Shown piece by piece: positions 37,281 to 47,178 of a DNA stretch of 52,937 nt (position 1 is its first letter; every line of letters begins with the position of its first letter). The DNA is from Candidatus Woesearchaeota archaeon (GTDB lineage Archaea; Nanobdellota; Nanobdellia; Woesearchaeales; GW2011-AR4). The notes under the pieces are model-generated. The model was not told where the DNA came from. It ran no database searches and was given only the letters and a program-made list of their open reading frames with translations. The stretch is taken from contig JACOZN010000013.1 of NCBI GenBank assembly GCA_016181305.1, positions 79,691 to 132,627 of the forward strand. Direction: 5' to 3'. Position numbers and translations under genes: made by a program.

Positions 37281-38190
37281 TTCTTTCCCTCAAAGCAGCA
37301 TAAATTATCGGCATTGCAATCGTCGCATCGCAGATTAAGTCAACAAAATTTGCCTTTGGATTCATTTTGCCCCATGAAATGCCTTCCCTTAATTCAGCCC
37401 CTGAAGAGCCGCCGGGCTCGGGCCTGTCCATCGTGACCTGCACGCCGTAAGAAGCTGACTTTGGAGCAAGCTGCATTGCCTGCTGTATGTAGTTTTTAGG
37501 CACACCCCCTCCAAAATAAATCACTCCGCATTTTTTTGCAGTCCATGCAATGTCCATGATTTCCTTCAAGTCTTCAAAAGCCCTCACATCGACATTTTTG
37601 CCTTTTGCAAGCTGCCCCCACATCATCAACCCAATTCCCGAATCAGAAATGGCAGGGCAGAAAATGGGTATTTTGTTTTCATAGCACGCTTTCAGTATGG
37701 ATTTTTTTGGAGTCAATCTGCCAATTTCCCACAAAAAGTCCTTGATTGACTTTTTGCCCTTCAAACTGTCAAAATTATGCGCAATAAAGTCTTCCATGCC
37801 CTCGTAAATCTTGTTTGGCATGTAAGACTCGTAAACCCTGTCAAAGCCTTTTTTGTAAAGCTCTGCATCATCTATATTTGCTGTGCCCTGATAGTGCCTG
37901 TAGCCAAGAGCCTCTCCCAAATCATGTGTCAAAGTAGCGCCTGTTGCCACAACAGCATCAACCCATTTGCTTTCTATCATATCAATAATTATTTCCCTCA
38001 TGCCTCCGGGAACAAGAGGGCCCGCTAATCCAATAAAAACCCTGCAGTACCTGTCCTTAATCATCGCTTCGCAAATTGAAACAGCTTTTCCAAGCCTTCC
38101 TGAGCCTAAAACACCGGCTAAATCCATCTGCCTGACTAGTTCATTCACTCTCATTCCATTTTTTATTTTTATATGGCTGACTGGCTTCAT
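37231..38190 (-). CDS. dys: Deoxyhypusine synthase
   Basis: TGATLTHD, PAISDSG, GGGVPKNY, GGSSGA, EGISWGK (catalytic Lys), DATIA. Confidence 0.93.
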   Translation of the reverse strand: MKPVSHIKIKNGMRVNELVRQMDLAGVLGSGRLGKAVSICEAMIKDRYCRVFIGLAGPLVPGGMREIIIDMIESKWVDAVVATGATLTHDLGEALGYRHYQGTANIDDAELYKKGFDRVYESYMPNKIYEGMEDFIAHNFDSLKGKKSIKDFLWEIGRLTPKKSILKACYENKIPIFCPAISDSGIGLMMWGQLAKGKNVDVRAFEDLKEIMDIAWTAKKCGVIYFGGGVPKNYIQQAMQLAPKSASYGVQVTMDRPEPGGSSGAELREGISWGKMNPKANFVDLICDATIAMPIIYAALRERIKQKYDSKSPSSPFSR

Positions 38191-38329
38191 TTTTATTGGT
38201 TTAGCCCTGGTAAATAAAATAACTTAAATTAAGAATAATCCGGCTTTATACTCCCCTGCCCCTGACAGTATCCATATTGCCCGGTAAACACAATAATTAT
38301 TTAAATCTATTGAAAATTAATTGTTAAAA

Positions 38330-39112
38330 ATGAGCCTGTTAGTTGATGTGCATTCCCATCTGGACCACCCTTTATTAGCCGATAAAATAGACGAAATTAT
38401 TCAAAGAGCAAAAAATGCGGGCTTAAGGCACATAATAACCAATGGCATCAATCCTGAGACGAACAGGAAATGCCTTGAATTGTCAAAAAAATATGAAATT
38501 GTCAAATGCGCAATGGGGCTTTATCCAAGGGACGCCTTGAAGAAAGAGATAGAAAGCGGGGATTACCCATTAAAAAATGCCGATTTTGATGTTGACGAGG
38601 AAATAAGCTTCATAAGAAAAAACAAAAATAATATCATAGCAATAAGCGAGGTTGGCCTGGACTTTGTCAATGGCGAAAGCAAGGGGCAGATTGAGGATTT
38701 CTGGAAGATGGTTAATCTTGCAGAGGAATTAAGAAAGCCGATAGTGGTGCATTCAAGAAATGCAGAGCATAAATGCATAGAAATTCTTGAAAGCTCAAAA
38801 CTGAAAAAAATAGTCATGCACTGCTTTTCCGGCAGAAAATCGCTTGTCAACAGGATAATCGACAACAACTGGGCTTTGACGGTGCCTACAATTGTAGTCA
38901 GAAGCCAGCAGTTCCAGGACATTGCACGAAACGCTCCCATAACCCAGCTTTTTTGCGAGACTGACAGCCCATATTTGGGCCCTTACAAGGGGCAGTGGAA
39001 TGAGCCTGCCTATGTTACCGAGAGCTACAGCAAGATAGCCGGGATAAAGCAGATGGAAATAAATGAAGTCATAAACAGCATTTATATGAACTGGCAGAAT
39101 GTTTTTGAATAA
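38330..39112 (+). CDS. tatD: TatD family deoxyribonuclease
   Basis: DVHSH, SEVGLD, VHSR, MHCFSG, ETDSP. Confidence 0.93.
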   Translation: MSLLVDVHSHLDHPLLADKIDEIIQRAKNAGLRHIITNGINPETNRKCLELSKKYEIVKCAMGLYPRDALKKEIESGDYPLKNADFDVDEEISFIRKNKNNIIAISEVGLDFVNGESKGQIEDFWKMVNLAEELRKPIVVHSRNAEHKCIEILESSKLKKIVMHCFSGRKSLVNRIIDNNWALTVPTIVVRSQQFQDIARNAPITQLFCETDSPYLGPYKGQWNEPAYVTESYSKIAGIKQMEINEVINSIYMNWQNVFE

Positions 39113-39157
39113 GACAAATCGCTATGTTTAAATATTCTTATTAAAACGTTTTAAATC

Positions 39158-40531
39158 ATGAAATTGGCAATATCCTTATCCATTTTAATTCTTTTTTTAC
39201 CTGCTGCTTTGGCAGAAACCGAAATCTTTTCAGGCAAGGTCATAACGAACAGCGACAAATCAATAGACGGAGGAATTTTCAGGTTTCAGTATGATGATGT
39301 AGCCGACAAGGTGTTTGTGCAGACTCCGACGACAAACCTAATTTCTGCGAACGGAGAATGCAAGTCAAACGATGTGTTCAGGGTGTGCATAAACAGCGCC
39401 AATTTCTCGCATAAGAATATCACAACCTATGTGTATTACTACGAGATTGACGCAACCATATACAAGCTTACCGGAAGCCTTTCAGCAAGCAGCAAGGCAA
39501 CCCTGAGCAGCCTGCTGCAGGGCGAACCTACGGATTTGGAAGTGACTGTCACAAACCCGACTGATTTTGAAATAACAGGCATACTCTTCAGCTACGACTT
39601 GGCGCCTTTCTACATACTTGAAGCCAAGGGCTGCGAGCTTAACGGCAAGCGCCTTATTTGGGAAGGCACCCTGAAGCCAAAGTATGACAAGACATGCACT
39701 GCAAAAATCAGTACAGACAAGGAGGGGAAGTACAATCTGGCTGGAAATTTAAGCTATTTCAACGGGTACGATACGGAGAGAATAATGACAAATGCCTCTG
39801 TGGTAACAGTTCTGCCGAAGCAGCTAAAAGTCAGTTATTTCATGGACAAGGATATACTAGTGGGAGAGCCGTTTTATACCAACCTTTCGCTGCAGAACCT
39901 GCATTCAAGCGAGGAGATTAACGCTAAATTTACAATCAAGCTTCCAAGCCATGTTTCTCTCATCAAGGACAAGCCTGCCTTAGAAAAGGACGGAAGAACA
40001 CTAAGGCACAGCAGCCTTCTGCTAAAGCCAGCAGGGTCAATGAACTATTCACTCTATCTGGAAAAGAATTCACAAGGAACAGAGCCGATTAACTATAAGT
40101 TTGAATATGCAATCAAGGGCATAAGCGATGTGATAGAAAACAGCACTTTTGTCGATGAAATAATCACTCAGCAGAAAACCGAGCCAGCCGAGAAAAAGCA
40201 GGAAAAATCAAACGATACAATTGCCTCTGCGGCGCAAGAGCCTGTTCAAAGCCAGCAGATGCCGGATAAAAATGCAACAGCAGATGCAGCAGCTGAAAAT
40301 AAGACTGCAGCAGAGCCTGTTGCCATTGAGGCTAAGCCGAAATCCGATAAAAAAATATTAATCACTGCCTCAGCTTCAACAGCTTTTTTGGTTATTCTCC
40401 TGGTGATCTTCAGGCTCCGGAAGGGAAAAAGGGAAAGCAAAGAGCTGGCTGAAAGAATAAGGCAGAAGCTTGAAACTGACAAAAAGGAAGCCCTGAACGA
40501 GATACAGGAAAAGGTTTTAAAGAAGGAATAA
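39158..40531 (+). CDS. Secreted Ig-like protein with C-terminal membrane anchor
   Basis: Signal peptide, beta-rich body, Ala/Glu linker, TM and basic tail. Confidence 0.7.
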   Translation: MKLAISLSILILFLPAALAETEIFSGKVITNSDKSIDGGIFRFQYDDVADKVFVQTPTTNLISANGECKSNDVFRVCINSANFSHKNITTYVYYYEIDATIYKLTGSLSASSKATLSSLLQGEPTDLEVTVTNPTDFEITGILFSYDLAPFYILEAKGCELNGKRLIWEGTLKPKYDKTCTAKISTDKEGKYNLAGNLSYFNGYDTERIMTNASVVTVLPKQLKVSYFMDKDILVGEPFYTNLSLQNLHSSEEINAKFTIKLPSHVSLIKDKPALEKDGRTLRHSSLLLKPAGSMNYSLYLEKNSQGTEPINYKFEYAIKGISDVIENSTFVDEIITQQKTEPAEKKQEKSNDTIASAAQEPVQSQQMPDKNATADAAAENKTAAEPVAIEAKPKSDKKILITASASTAFLVILLVIFRLRKGKRESKELAERIRQKLETDKKEALNEIQEKVLKKE

Positions 40532-40577
40532 AATAAAAACCAAAAACTTTTTAAGCTTGATAGGGGATGTAACTACT

Positions 40578-40949
40578 ATGAAAATAAGCATTGACACAAA
40601 AGAAGATTCTCACGAGGAGATCAAAAAAGTAATAAAAATGCTTCAGAATCTTGTTGGGGATTCAGGCGAAATTTTCACCAATGAGCCTTCGGAAGCGCAG
40701 GCAAGCCCGATTGCAAATATTTTTGGCGATGCCACTAATTTAACGCAAGAACCTACAACTTCATCAGAAACAATCGAAAATACACAGGCAGAAGCAACAG
40801 AGCCATCAACAGATGACTTATTTGCAGAGCTTTTCAGCGAAGAAGAAATCAAGAAGATGGATGTCAAGAAAGAAAGCGAAGAAGAGGAAGAATCTGAAGA
40901 AGAGGTAAAATCAAAAAAGGATAAGAAGTATGGGATTGAGCTTTATTAA
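40578..40949 (+). CDS. Acidic hypothetical protein
   Basis: MKISIDTKEDSHEEIKKVIKML N-terminus, acidic tail. Confidence 0.7.
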   Translation: MKISIDTKEDSHEEIKKVIKMLQNLVGDSGEIFTNEPSEAQASPIANIFGDATNLTQEPTTSSETIENTQAEATEPSTDDLFAELFSEEEIKKMDVKKESEEEEESEEEVKSKKDKKYGIELY

Positions 40950-41581
40950 ACCTCAATAATTTTCCCTTTCTTTCCGACATTTATGACTTTTGTCCTGCCA
41001 ACCATTTCCTCTATGCCTTCTGCCTCGTGGACATGGCTGCAAATCAGTATGTCCGGCTTGAAAGTTTCGATTGCTTTTCTGACGCCTTCGCTGCCGGGGA
41101 ATATATTTGAGAATTTCTCCATCAATGAGCCAGATGGATGGACATGCGTAACCAAAATCTTTTTCTTCATGCCCTTTATCCTTTCGTATCCCTTTTTTAT
41201 CAATTCAAAAATCTCATCTTCGCCGAGCTGGAACATGCCGATATTTGCCCCGCCGCATCCAAACAATCCCACATCCTTGTATTTTATGGAGTAGCCGTGC
41301 AAATTAGTTGCGCCGTAAAGCTCTGCAAGAAAATCAGCGGTTGCAACAGTCTCGTGGTTGCCCGGAATTAAAATCACCTTTTTGCCTTTCTTCACAAAAG
41401 GGCCTATGATGCCTTCTGTCGATGTTTCTGCATATGTCAAATCACCCGACAAAACCACTAAGTCAATGTTTTCCTTCTCCGCCTGCTCGGCAAGCTTCTT
41501 TGCCTGCGAAGTGTCCCCATGTATGTCGCCGGCTGCAAGGATTTTCAGCTTTTTGTGCTCCTTTTCCATGATATTATACAA
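40946..41581 (-). CDS. Metallophosphoesterase
   Basis: GDIHG, SGDL, PGNHE, THVHP, SHVHE. Confidence 0.92.
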   Translation of the reverse strand: MYNIMEKEHKKLKILAAGDIHGDTSQAKKLAEQAEKENIDLVVLSGDLTYAETSTEGIIGPFVKKGKKVILIPGNHETVATADFLAELYGATNLHGYSIKYKDVGLFGCGGANIGMFQLGEDEIFELIKKGYERIKGMKKKILVTHVHPSGSLMEKFSNIFPGSEGVRKAIETFKPDILICSHVHEAEGIEEMVGRTKVINVGKKGKIIEV

Positions 41582-41601
41582 AACAGAATTCTTTTAAAAA
41601 C

Positions 41602-42168
41602 TTATCTCTCTATAACCTTGACAGCGCCTGTCAAGTCAACAAGCTTGCTTGGCTTGCCTTCTTTTTTGCCCTCGTATATGGCAAAATCCACTCCGCTTTT
41701 TATTGCAGGGTCCAAATCCTCCAGGGAAGTCATATAATCCTCATTGCTCCTGTTTACGGATGTTGTGACTACAGGCACTTCTGCGTCTGCAATAAGCTTC
41801 CTTATCCAGTGGTTAGGAATCCTTATTCCCAACGTCCTTAATCCCGGGTTAACTTCCTTTGCAACGCATTCTTTCTTCAATCTAAGGATCAGGGTGTAAG
41901 GGCCCGGCAGCCTGCTCAGCCACTCTCCAGACTCTTTTGTTATGATGCAATTTTCATTAATCCAGTCGATTGATGGAGCAATTACGGAAAAAGGGCTTGC
42001 AGCCCTTCCCTTAAGCTGCCTTACTTTTTTGACTGCATCTGAATTTTGGGCATTGCATCCAATGCCGTAGATTGTATCAGTCGGGTGTATGAAAACAGAG
42101 CCGTTTATAATGGAGTCAATGATTGACTGCCTTTCGAGATTAGTTTCTTCAAAATTCAGGATTCGCAT
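41602..42168 (-). CDS. tsaC: Threonylcarbamoyl-AMP synthase (short TsaC/YrdC form)
   Basis: PTDTIYGIG, KGR, PGPYTLIL, GIRIP, TTSVN. Confidence 0.92.
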   Translation of the reverse strand: MRILNFEETNLERQSIIDSIINGSVFIHPTDTIYGIGCNAQNSDAVKKVRQLKGRAASPFSVIAPSIDWINENCIITKESGEWLSRLPGPYTLILRLKKECVAKEVNPGLRTLGIRIPNHWIRKLIADAEVPVVTTSVNRSNEDYMTSLEDLDPAIKSGVDFAIYEGKKEGKPSKLVDLTGAVKVIER

Positions 42169-42216
42169 AATGCGGGGAAACAGAAAACACTATAAAAAGG
42201 TTATGCTTAAAAAATT

Positions 42217-42336
42217 TTATCCCAGATATCCAATCATAAATCCTTCTTCCATGCCGTTTATCTCATCATCCTCAATGTATTCTTCCAAGTATTCTGCATT
42301 GTAGAAGTCTTCTTCCGATTCTCCATTTTCTTTCAT
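42217..42336 (-). CDS. Small acidic protein (39 aa)
   Basis: MKENGESEEDFYNAEYLEEYIEDDEINGMEEGFMIGYLG*; GGAGATGA SD. Confidence 0.6.
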   Translation of the reverse strand: MKENGESEEDFYNAEYLEEYIEDDEINGMEEGFMIGYLG

Positions 42337-42341
42337 CTGAA

Positions 42342-42467
42342 TCATCTCCTTGTTCCGCTGAATTGCTCATCAAAGCTTCTCAATTGCCTGTTTGTCTTTG
42401 CTGTCAGCTCCTTGATTTGCTGCAAAAACAAATCTTCAATGAATTCGTTGCTTAAGTTCATTTTCAT
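42342..42467 (-). CDS. Small hypothetical protein (41 aa)
   Basis: MKMNLSNEFIEDLFLQQIKELTAKTNRQLRSFDEQFSGTRR*; GGAGG SD. Confidence 0.5.
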   Translation of the reverse strand: MKMNLSNEFIEDLFLQQIKELTAKTNRQLRSFDEQFSGTRR

Positions 42468-42504
42468 CGCCTCCGTTTTTTTAAATACGCGCCGCGGAAA
42501 GTTT

Positions 42505-42696
42505 TTATATAAGCTGATAATAGTCTTTCTTGAGGTTCTCAGCTCCTGTTCTGCCGTGATTGTGCGGCTTTTTCTTTTTTATTTTATTTCCAGCCATCAA
42601 TTCCCATCTTTTGCATGAAATCCTTAGCAGCAATGGATTCTGGGGCTGTTCCATCAGTTTTTGATACTGGGTTGTAGCATCCATAGCACACTTCAA
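42505..42696 (-). CDS. Small hypothetical protein
   Basis: ORF track; co-oriented with the two small genes downstream. Confidence 0.4.
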   Translation of the reverse strand: MKCAMDATTQYQKLMEQPQNPLLLRISCKRWELMAGNKIKKKKPHNHGRTGAENLKKDYYQLI

Positions 42697-42933
42697 ACCA
42701 TGGCTTTATTGCCGCTCCGCATATCACACATCTTATCATTTTCTCACTTTTGAATTTTAAAAGCAGGAAAAGGGGTGGAATAAAGAGGAATTGAAACCTC
42801 CTTTTTTCCTGCCAGAGTTTTAGTTGTTGTCAGGGTTTAAATATTTCAGCCAAGAATGTCCAGTGTCCAGTGGTTATTTACAATATTGAAAAGAAATGAA
42901 AACATATATAAAACCCAAAAATATCCGTCTTTT

Positions 42934-43203
42934 ATGAAATGCACACATCTCATAGTCTCGGGCAGGGTGCAAGGAGTCTATTTCAGGGCAAATGTGAGGG
43001 ACAAAGCTCTTCAACTCGGCTTGAAAGGCTATGCAAAAAATCTTCCTGACGGAAATGTTGAGGTTGTTGCTGAAGGCAATGGGGAAAAGATAAAAGAATT
43101 AGTTGATTTCATAAAAAAAGGGCCTGGCGTTGCGAGCGTTACTGGAATTCAAATGAAGCACAAAGAGCCAGAAAACTTTAAAAACTTTGAAGTAAGACAC
43201 TAG
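42934..43203 (+). CDS. acyP: Acylphosphatase
   Basis: VSGRVQGVYFR, GYAKNLPDGNVEV. Confidence 0.95.
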   Translation: MKCTHLIVSGRVQGVYFRANVRDKALQLGLKGYAKNLPDGNVEVVAEGNGEKIKELVDFIKKGPGVASVTGIQMKHKEPENFKNFEVRH

Positions 43204-43208
43204 GAAAA

Positions 43209-44018
43209 ATGGGGTGGAAAAATTTAATCTTGGTGACGGCATTGTCGCTTTTAATAGCTGCATGCGCGCAGCAGGCTCAAACAGGGCAGCAGCAGCCAAC
43301 AGAAAAAAATGTTGATGCGCTGAAGAATGGAGACACTTCTGGAATCATAACAGAAGATGTAGCTTATTTTGGAAATTTAAAAGGATTTCTCGCAAAGCCG
43401 AAAAATGAAGGAATTTACCCAGCAGTTGTCATGATACACGAATGGTGGGGCTTGAATGACAACATCAAGGAAATGGCAAGAAGCCTGGCAGCAGAAGGAT
43501 ATGTTGTTCTGGCAGTTGACCTGTACAATGGAAAAGTTGGAAAGAATTCCACAGAAGCTGGGCAGTTGGCTGGCGCAGTCAGGAGCAATCCTGCTGCAGC
43601 AATACAGAACATGAAGGCTGCTGTGCAGTATCTGAAAAATCTGGATAATGTAAATGATGATAAAATTGCTTCAATGGGATGGTGTTTTGGTGGAGCAATG
43701 TCATTGCAGTTGGCTCTGAACGAGAAGCTTGCAGCGACTGTCATTTATTACGGCAATCTGGAGACAAATTCAACAAAGCTTTCTGCCATAAAATGGCCAA
43801 TTCTGGGGATTTTCGGAAGCAAGGACACTTCAATACCTTTTGAGACTGTTAAGAAATTTGAGGCTGCCTTGAACGAAGTCGGCATTGAAAACGAAATCCA
43901 CATTTATGAAGGCGTAGGGCATGCTTTTGCAAACCCTTCAGGAATGAACTATGCTCCTGAGCAGACAAAGGACGCTTGGGAGAAGACTTTGAAGTTTCTT
44001 GATAGTAATTTAAAATAA
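43209..44018 (+). CDS. Dienelactone hydrolase family lipoprotein
   Basis: LIAAC lipobox, HEWWGLN, GWCFGG, GHAFAN. Confidence 0.92.
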   Translation: MGWKNLILVTALSLLIAACAQQAQTGQQQPTEKNVDALKNGDTSGIITEDVAYFGNLKGFLAKPKNEGIYPAVVMIHEWWGLNDNIKEMARSLAAEGYVVLAVDLYNGKVGKNSTEAGQLAGAVRSNPAAAIQNMKAAVQYLKNLDNVNDDKIASMGWCFGGAMSLQLALNEKLAATVIYYGNLETNSTKLSAIKWPILGIFGSKDTSIPFETVKKFEAALNEVGIENEIHIYEGVGHAFANPSGMNYAPEQTKDAWEKTLKFLDSNLK

Positions 44019-44057
44019 TAGCAATATTTAAATAAGACACTTTTATTCTTTTTAATT

Positions 44058-44315
44058 ATGCATGTGAAAGATATAGTAACTGCAGTAAAAGAATATAGAG
44101 AAGGTATCAATATTGCTAAGATTGTAGAGCGTGTGTTAGATTATCGTTATGGATTCTCTACGATAAAACCATCCAAAGATGATGAAATTATTTATTATTC
44201 TAAGCATGAAATTCTAAATACCAAACCTAAAAAAATAGGATATATGGATTATGCTTTGATAAGCCCTGCATTTATCCATGATGGATTAAAAACAATAGAA
44301 GGTTTAGTATCCTAA
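44058..44315 (+). CDS. AT-rich hypothetical protein
   Basis: 85-aa ORF convergent with cdc6. Confidence 0.45.
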   Translation: MHVKDIVTAVKEYREGINIAKIVERVLDYRYGFSTIKPSKDDEIIYYSKHEILNTKPKKIGYMDYALISPAFIHDGLKTIEGLVS

Positions 44316-45358
44316 AACTCCGTCAACTTTCTCTCTGCATTAGCCTTTACAATGGTTGTGTTGCCCTCGCCCCCCCCAGCAGTTTTTTCAACAATAATAA
44401 ACTTATTTTTTTGTAATTTATCAATCTTCCTCTGGAATGACTTGTAAACTAAGTTGCCTCCATTAGCTTGGTACAATTTGAAAAGCTCGCCTATCATTTT
44501 GCCTGAGTTGTTTTTTACCAAGTCCAGGATCATCTGCTCGTCAGACGCCAGCTCTTCTGGGTTTTTAATGCTGAAATCCTTTATCTTTTCCAATGCAAGC
44601 TGCGCATGCTCTAATGTTATTTTTCTTGATGACTTGTCCTCTGCAATCAAGCCCGCCTGCTTCATCAGGTACAAGCCTGTCCTTATGTCCTGCATCTCGG
44701 CTGTTTTTTTGGCTATCAGCTCAAATGCATCGCTATCCCACACATTGTCATGGAAAGCATATTCCATCCTTTGCTTCAGAATGCCTTTTGTTTCATCGTA
44801 GTTGTAAGGCCTGAACTCCAGAATCTCGGGCATCAGCCTTGACTTGATTCTTTCATCAAGCCCTGCAATCCAGTCCTTGTAGTTTGTTATTATGACTATT
44901 GCCTTTCTTGCTATCTCCTCCAGCACCATGTAAAGAAAATCCAGGTCTTCCAGCTTGTCAGCCTCGTCAAATACAAAAACAACGGATTTCTTGTTTAAAT
45001 TCTGCCTTATCCACCTGAAAAGCTCCTCTGTTTTCTTGTTCTGGACAAACTTGAAGTCCATGAGGCTGCATATCTCAAGAATTATCTTGTAGGTAGTGTT
45101 GCTCTTCCAGCAGTTTATGTAGATTGGAACTATCTCATCTGTCTCGTCCTCAATTTCCGCCAAGAGATGCCTGCATGCAATTGTCTTTCCTACTCCAGGC
45201 TGCCCGTGCACAAATATGTGCCTGCCTGTTTTCTCCTGAAACAAAGGCTTTATGCATGCTGCAATCAATCCCTGCTCTTTTTCCCTGTAGCGAATGGGCT
45301 TTGGAATAAAGGAAAAGTCCAGTGGAACATCGCTTTGATTCCTGATGGCGGCAAACAC
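44312..45358 (-). CDS. cdc6: Cdc6/Orc1 family AAA+ ATPase
   Basis: GQPGVGKT, YINCW, VFVFDEAD, FRPYNYDE, GDIR-like QDIRTGL, C-terminal winged helix; GTG start uncertain. Confidence 0.9.
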   Translation of the reverse strand: MFAAIRNQSDVPLDFSFIPKPIRYREKEQGLIAACIKPLFQEKTGRHIFVHGQPGVGKTIACRHLLAEIEDETDEIVPIYINCWKSNTTYKIILEICSLMDFKFVQNKKTEELFRWIRQNLNKKSVVFVFDEADKLEDLDFLYMVLEEIARKAIVIITNYKDWIAGLDERIKSRLMPEILEFRPYNYDETKGILKQRMEYAFHDNVWDSDAFELIAKKTAEMQDIRTGLYLMKQAGLIAEDKSSRKITLEHAQLALEKIKDFSIKNPEELASDEQMILDLVKNNSGKMIGELFKLYQANGGNLVYKSFQRKIDKLQKNKFIIVEKTAGGGEGNTTIVKANAERKLTEF

Positions 45359-45570
45359 GCATTTTCTTGGCGAAAATGCTACTCACAAAGGATTTTTCGG
45401 AACTTCGTAACCGAAAAATCCTCTGCATTCGATTTGCCAGCCATTGTTGTCGGGCGAAAACTGAGTGGAAAGGAAAAATCCGCTACGAAGTTCGGATTTT
45501 TCCTTTCCGAATAGGTTTTCAGTGGAATGGCGAGCGAGTCTTCGCGAAGCCTCGCAAGTCACTGAAAACC
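45359..45570. repeat. Cluster of four hairpins (REP/MITE-like or structured RNA) upstream of cdc6
   Basis: Stems: 45359-45379 (8 bp), 45390-45421 (11 bp), 45467-45508 (16 bp), 45514-45570 (11 bp with nested stems). Confidence 0.8.
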
Positions 45571-45605
45571 GTGTTTGAGCCCTTTAAAATTATCAAAATA
45601 GAAAT

Positions 45606-45917
45606 CTAAACCCTTGCGCCGCATTTCGGGCAGAACTTGTGGTGCAAATCTAATCTTGCCCCACATTGATGGCAGTATTTGATGTTTGATTGCTGATGAT
45701 GCAATGCTTTGTGATGTACATTTTCTTTTTTTGATGTTTTGCCTTTTATGATACTGAATATCAGTTTAAGAATTCCAATAAAAACAAAAACAAATCCAGC
45801 ATAGAAGAAAAAGACCAGTTTTTCATAGTCCAGCTCATAAGAAGCAATTGAAACAAACAATCCGACTATTACATAGACAATCCAGTGTATTTTTGCCATT
45901 TTAGTCTGATTTTCCAA
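45606..45917 (-). CDS. Membrane protein with C-terminal zinc ribbon
   Basis: Two TM plus CHQC...CPKC. Confidence 0.8.
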   Translation of the reverse strand: MENQTKMAKIHWIVYVIVGLFVSIASYELDYEKLVFFFYAGFVFVFIGILKLIFSIIKGKTSKKENVHHKALHHQQSNIKYCHQCGARLDLHHKFCPKCGARV

Positions 45918-47178
45918 TCACTTTCTTCCCCATATACTTCTGCAAAACCTGAGGAATTTTGATTGTGCCGTCTTTCTGCTGGCAGTTCTCAACAATCGCC
46001 CTTATTGCCCTTCCTGTTGCGATGGCTGTGCTGTTTAATGTATGCACAAATTCTTTTTCCTCGCCTTTCCTGTACTTTATATTGAGCCTTGTTGCCTGGT
46101 ATGAAGTGCAGTTTGAGCAGCTTATCACTTCCCTGTACAAATTCTCTCGTGGAAACCATGCCTCTATGTCGTATTTTTTTGCTGCAACTATTCCAATGTC
46201 GCCAGTGCATATGTTTACAACCCGATAAGGAATTTTTAATTGCTGGAACAATTCCTCGCCGTTCTGCAATAATTCCTCATGGAATTTCCATGAATCCTCT
46301 GGCTTGCAGAAGATGAACTGCTCAACCTTGTTGAAGTGATGCACCCTGAACAAGCCTTTTGTGTCAATGCTGTGGCTTCCAAGCTCCTTCCTGAAGCAGG
46401 GGGAATACCCGGCAAATTTAATCGGCAATTTTTTTTCATCAAGAGTTTCATTCATCATCATTGCAGCAATTGGATGCTCTGAAGTTGCAATGAGCAGCAA
46501 ATCCTCGCCATCCACCTTGTACATCATCGTTTCAAAATCCTTCAAGTCTGTAACTCCTTCGTACGGCTTGCGCCTGAGCATCAATGGGGGCTCTACAAGA
46601 GTGTAGCCCTTCTTGGCTAGAGAATCAACGGCAAAATTCACAAGAGCCATTTCAAGCCTTGCAATGTCACCAATAAGATAGTAAAATCCATGCCCTGAAA
46701 CCTCAGCAGCCTTTTCAAAATCAGCCAAGCCAAGCTCCTGCAAAAGCTCGCCATGCGGTTTTAACTCAAAATTAAACTTCGGCTTTTCGCCCCATGCTTT
46801 TACAACAGCATTGTCGTTTGCATCTTTTCCTATAGGCACAGACTCGTGCAGAATGTTTGGAATCCTCATTAAATAGTATTCAATCTTGTTTTTCAATTCT
46901 TCAGTCCTTTCATCGCTTTGCTTTATCTTTTCAGGCAGCTCCTTAGCTTCCTTTATTTTTTCTTTTATATCCTCGCCTTGTTTTTTCAGCTTGTTTATCT
47001 CGTCTGTTATCTCGTTTCTTCTCTGCCTTAATCTTTGGTTTTCCTGCAGCGACTTCCTGTAGCCAACGTCGCATTTCAGCAAGTCACCAAGCCATTCAAG
47101 CTTTTCCTTCTCATTCCTTTTCTGCAAGTCTTTCCTTACAATGTCAGGATGCTCCCTGATGAATTTTATGTCAAGCAT
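45901..47178 (-). CDS. serS: Seryl-tRNA synthetase
   Basis: MLDIKFIRE start, IPNILHESVP, ATSEHP, FRKELG, FRVHHFNKVE, EVISCSNC, HTLNSTA. Confidence 0.96.
   Translation of the reverse strand: MLDIKFIREHPDIVRKDLQKRNEKEKLEWLGDLLKCDVGYRKSLQENQRLRQRRNEITDEINKLKKQGEDIKEKIKEAKELPEKIKQSDERTEELKNKIEYYLMRIPNILHESVPIGKDANDNAVVKAWGEKPKFNFELKPHGELLQELGLADFEKAAEVSGHGFYYLIGDIARLEMALVNFAVDSLAKKGYTLVEPPLMLRRKPYEGVTDLKDFETMMYKVDGEDLLLIATSEHPIAAMMMNETLDEKKLPIKFAGYSPCFRKELGSHSIDTKGLFRVHHFNKVEQFIFCKPEDSWKFHEELLQNGEELFQQLKIPYRVVNICTGDIGIVAAKKYDIEAWFPRENLYREVISCSNCTSYQATRLNIKYRKGEEKEFVHTLNSTAIATGRAIRAIVENCQQKDGTIKIPQVLQKYMGKKVIGKSD

Noticed and set aside
42763-42812. Imperfect hairpin GCAGGAAAAGG…CCTTTTTTCCTGC in a divergent intergenic region
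   Set aside because: Single, purine/pyrimidine low-complexity stem with no recognisable RNA family
45150-45609. ORFs 45150-45428, 45167-45514 and 45367-45609
   Set aside because: They run through palindromic hairpins and overlap cdc6; open frames likely by chance
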